Shown here: positions 61,401 through 64,000 of the stretch, piece by piece
Position numbering within the stretch: the first letter of the stretch is position 1
Layout of the letters: every line of letters begins with the position of its first letter
Assembly (NCBI GenBank): GCA_964016885.1
Contig: OZ024741.1
Location: 383,408,001-383,472,000, forward strand
From: Eledone cirrhosa
Lineage: Eukaryota
Length of the DNA stretch: 64,000 nt
Reading direction: 5' to 3'
Notes under the pieces: model-generated
The model's database searches: none
What the model was told of the DNA's origin: nothing
Seen by the model: the letters and a program-made list of their open reading frames with translations, nothing else
Made by a program: the position numbers and the translations under genes

Positions 61401-61949
61401 GGGGGGGGGGGGGGGGGGCATCGCGAAACTTTCCACATTGAGGTATCCAGATTATTGATTCCTCTTTTTGTATGTATGTATATGTATATATTTATGAAGT
61501 TACCATCATTAAATGTTAAGAGACATAAAAAGGCGTAAAAGAAAACCAGAGATTTGTGTATGGATATAGATATGTCGGGGAAAAAAACTATGTGGCCGTT
61601 TGTAGCTGCCGTATGTGTCCGACTGGTTGTTGTGCGTCAGAGACGCCTCTCTATCGGGTGTGCGCGCGAAATAGGTGCGGCCATTCAGAGGCTGTTAAAA
61701 TTATTAGTCGTCATCACTAAGGCGTGGGATAGGTATAGTATGGCAGGTTGGCGTGCTCGCACCAGTGTTGCAGACTCCACGTGTTCTGGTAGTGGCAGGT
61801 AGGTGGATGTAAATTGGTAGCAAGTGCAGCAGTAGTAGTAGTAGGTTCTGTCCCATTACTGTTTGTTAGTACGTCAGTAGACGAGCGATATGTACAATAA
61901 CGTACTCTCGTCTGTTATTTTGTGTCGATGTGGTGTCGTTCAGGTTAGA

Positions 61950-62300
61950 CCAGCCATCGTATTTCGCTCACCTCGGACCTGTTGTTGATTGGCAATTCCA
62001 GTCATTTTATCCAAAGTGCTTCCTTGATCCTTAGTGTTCTAACGTTGTGCCCTGAAGCTAGCACTGTGACAGTGAGTCTTCCGTCCTTATTTCCGCATTT
62101 AGTGATGTGTTTCCGAAAGGACGAGGCTCTAGTGATGAGGTGCTCCTTGATTTATATGTGCGGCTTTCGGATGGTGCTGCTGGTGTAGAAACCCTTCTAC
62201 TTGTCACATTTGATCTTTTAAACGAGGTAGGTGCGGAAGCAACTGTTTGTTATTGGGTAATTGCTGAGGGTGCACATAATATCCGCGTTGCAATGTTTTT
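61950..62300 (-). pseudogene. GIY-YIG remnant of a different (Neptune/Penelope-like) PLE lineage
   Basis: Minus strand KCDK*KGFYTSSTIRKPHI*IKEHL..SSFRKH..C..VTVLA..LRIKEALWIK..PINNRSE. Confidence 0.65.
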
Positions 62301-62879
62301 CGTACCTGGGCGAAAAATCCACCAGCGCTATCCTGCTTCACCAGGAAACATTAACGACTGGAACCGCCAATCAACAACAGAACCGAGAGGAGCGAAACGC
62401 GGTGGCTAGTCAAACCCGAATGACACACACACGCAGTAACAGATGAGAAACTGTTATTGTACATATTGTTCGCCTACCGACTATATGATTGCCGCCGTTC
62501 TATCGCTAGCAAGTTTAAACACATTTCGGGCGCTCATCCATTTTCCCTTTAATGGCGTTGTGAACTTTTGTCATGGACATTCAAGATGATGCAAACAAAC
62601 TAATATAACAAAGGAAATTTCAACGTGTAACGTAGTCACGTGGGCTACCGGGACAGAGGAGAAAGTATGATAATGTGCTTTCTGGTGCTTCCTATCATTA
62701 TTCCTGATAGAGTCATCAAACATGCCTTCCAATCCCTCCTCTCTTTTCTCTCACTCTCTCTCACTCTCTCTCACTCTCTCTCACTCTCACTCTCTCTCAC
62801 TCTCACTCTCACTCTCTCTCTCTCTCTCTCTCTGTATATATATATATATAAATCTATATGCATATATATATATATATAT

Positions 62880-62921
<42 letters not shown>

Positions 62922-63032
62922 GCGTGTGCTATCAGAGAAAAGGATAAATATAATCAATATGTATTTTCCCTTCAACAGTGGATGCTTGTGGTAAAAAATT
63001 TATGAACATATGGTCTCTCTCTCTCTTCTCTC

Positions 63033-63071
<39 letters not shown>

Positions 63072-63079
63072 CATATATG

Positions 63080-63152
<73 letters not shown>

Positions 63153-63168
63153 TTATATGTATATATAA

Positions 63169-63199
<31 letters not shown>

Positions 63200-63210
63200 A
63201 TATATATATA

Positions 63211-63280
<70 letters not shown>

Positions 63281-64000
63281 GTATTTGGAGACGCTTTAAA
63301 AGAATTACTACGTGACATCCAATTCCCATCGGCGTAAATTAATATGACGAAGAATTCATAAACAAAAATAGGCGTCTGTCAAAGCAGAGCCGATAACAGT
63401 AGATTTTCTTTCGCCATATCGAAAGTCTATACAGGAGATTTATCAACAATCCCAATGAATATCATCATCTCCATCACTAACTACAACAACAACTAATAAT
63501 AATAACAACAATAATGATAGCTATAATACTACTCTGCCACGTTAGTGTCGTAGAAAGAGAAAATATTTATGATGATAAGTAGCTGTAAATAATATTACAT
63601 TAAAGTGTCCTGCGTTTATGTGTGTGTATTGGTGTTTTGGTGTGGAGTGTCTGTAAGTGACTATGTGCATTTGTGTCAAAGGATGAGTGTGAACCGTTCA
63701 GTGTGTGTGTACGTATCTATGCTTTCATGAATATATTCATATGTGTATGTGTGTGTGTGTTTGTGTTTGTGTGTGTGTGTGTTTGTGAGTGTTCGTGTTC
63801 GTGTGTGTGTAAATGCGTGTGCATATATATTTAGGTATGTATGTATTCTTGCATACGTACTTGTATATATTTAAGTACATGCGTCTGTGTGAATATGTGT
63901 ATGTTTCTTAATGTGTATGTGCTTGAGTGTGTATGGGTGTCTATGTGCACGTACTTCTATATACGTATATATCTTATGCTGTGTATGTATATATACATCT

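Overview
AT-rich, microsatellite-dense animal DNA with no recognisable host exon. The SINE, Helitron and (TA)n content suggests a cephalopod such as Octopus, but that is inference. The window is almost entirely transposon-derived: a Tx1/L1-clade LINE ORF2 (stop plus frameshift), a near-intact Penelope-like element (PLE, probably Naiad-type RT + GIY-YIG) with an inverted pseudo-LTR, several truncated PLEs, a deleted Rep/helicase Helitron, non-autonomous Helitrons (one nested), a Buster-type hAT remnant, RTE and CRE-like LINE fragments, and about 11 tRNA-derived SINE copies. The main unexplained signal is about 16 independent type-I hammerhead ribozyme (HHR) motifs (20 counting inverted duplicates). 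Most sit in short, often fold-back PLE ends abutting (TA)n. Several have greatly extended stem II (up to 116 nt, with compensatory changes between two copies) and one has a U3-A8 compensated core. Folds were read by eye; element edges are approximate unless stated.
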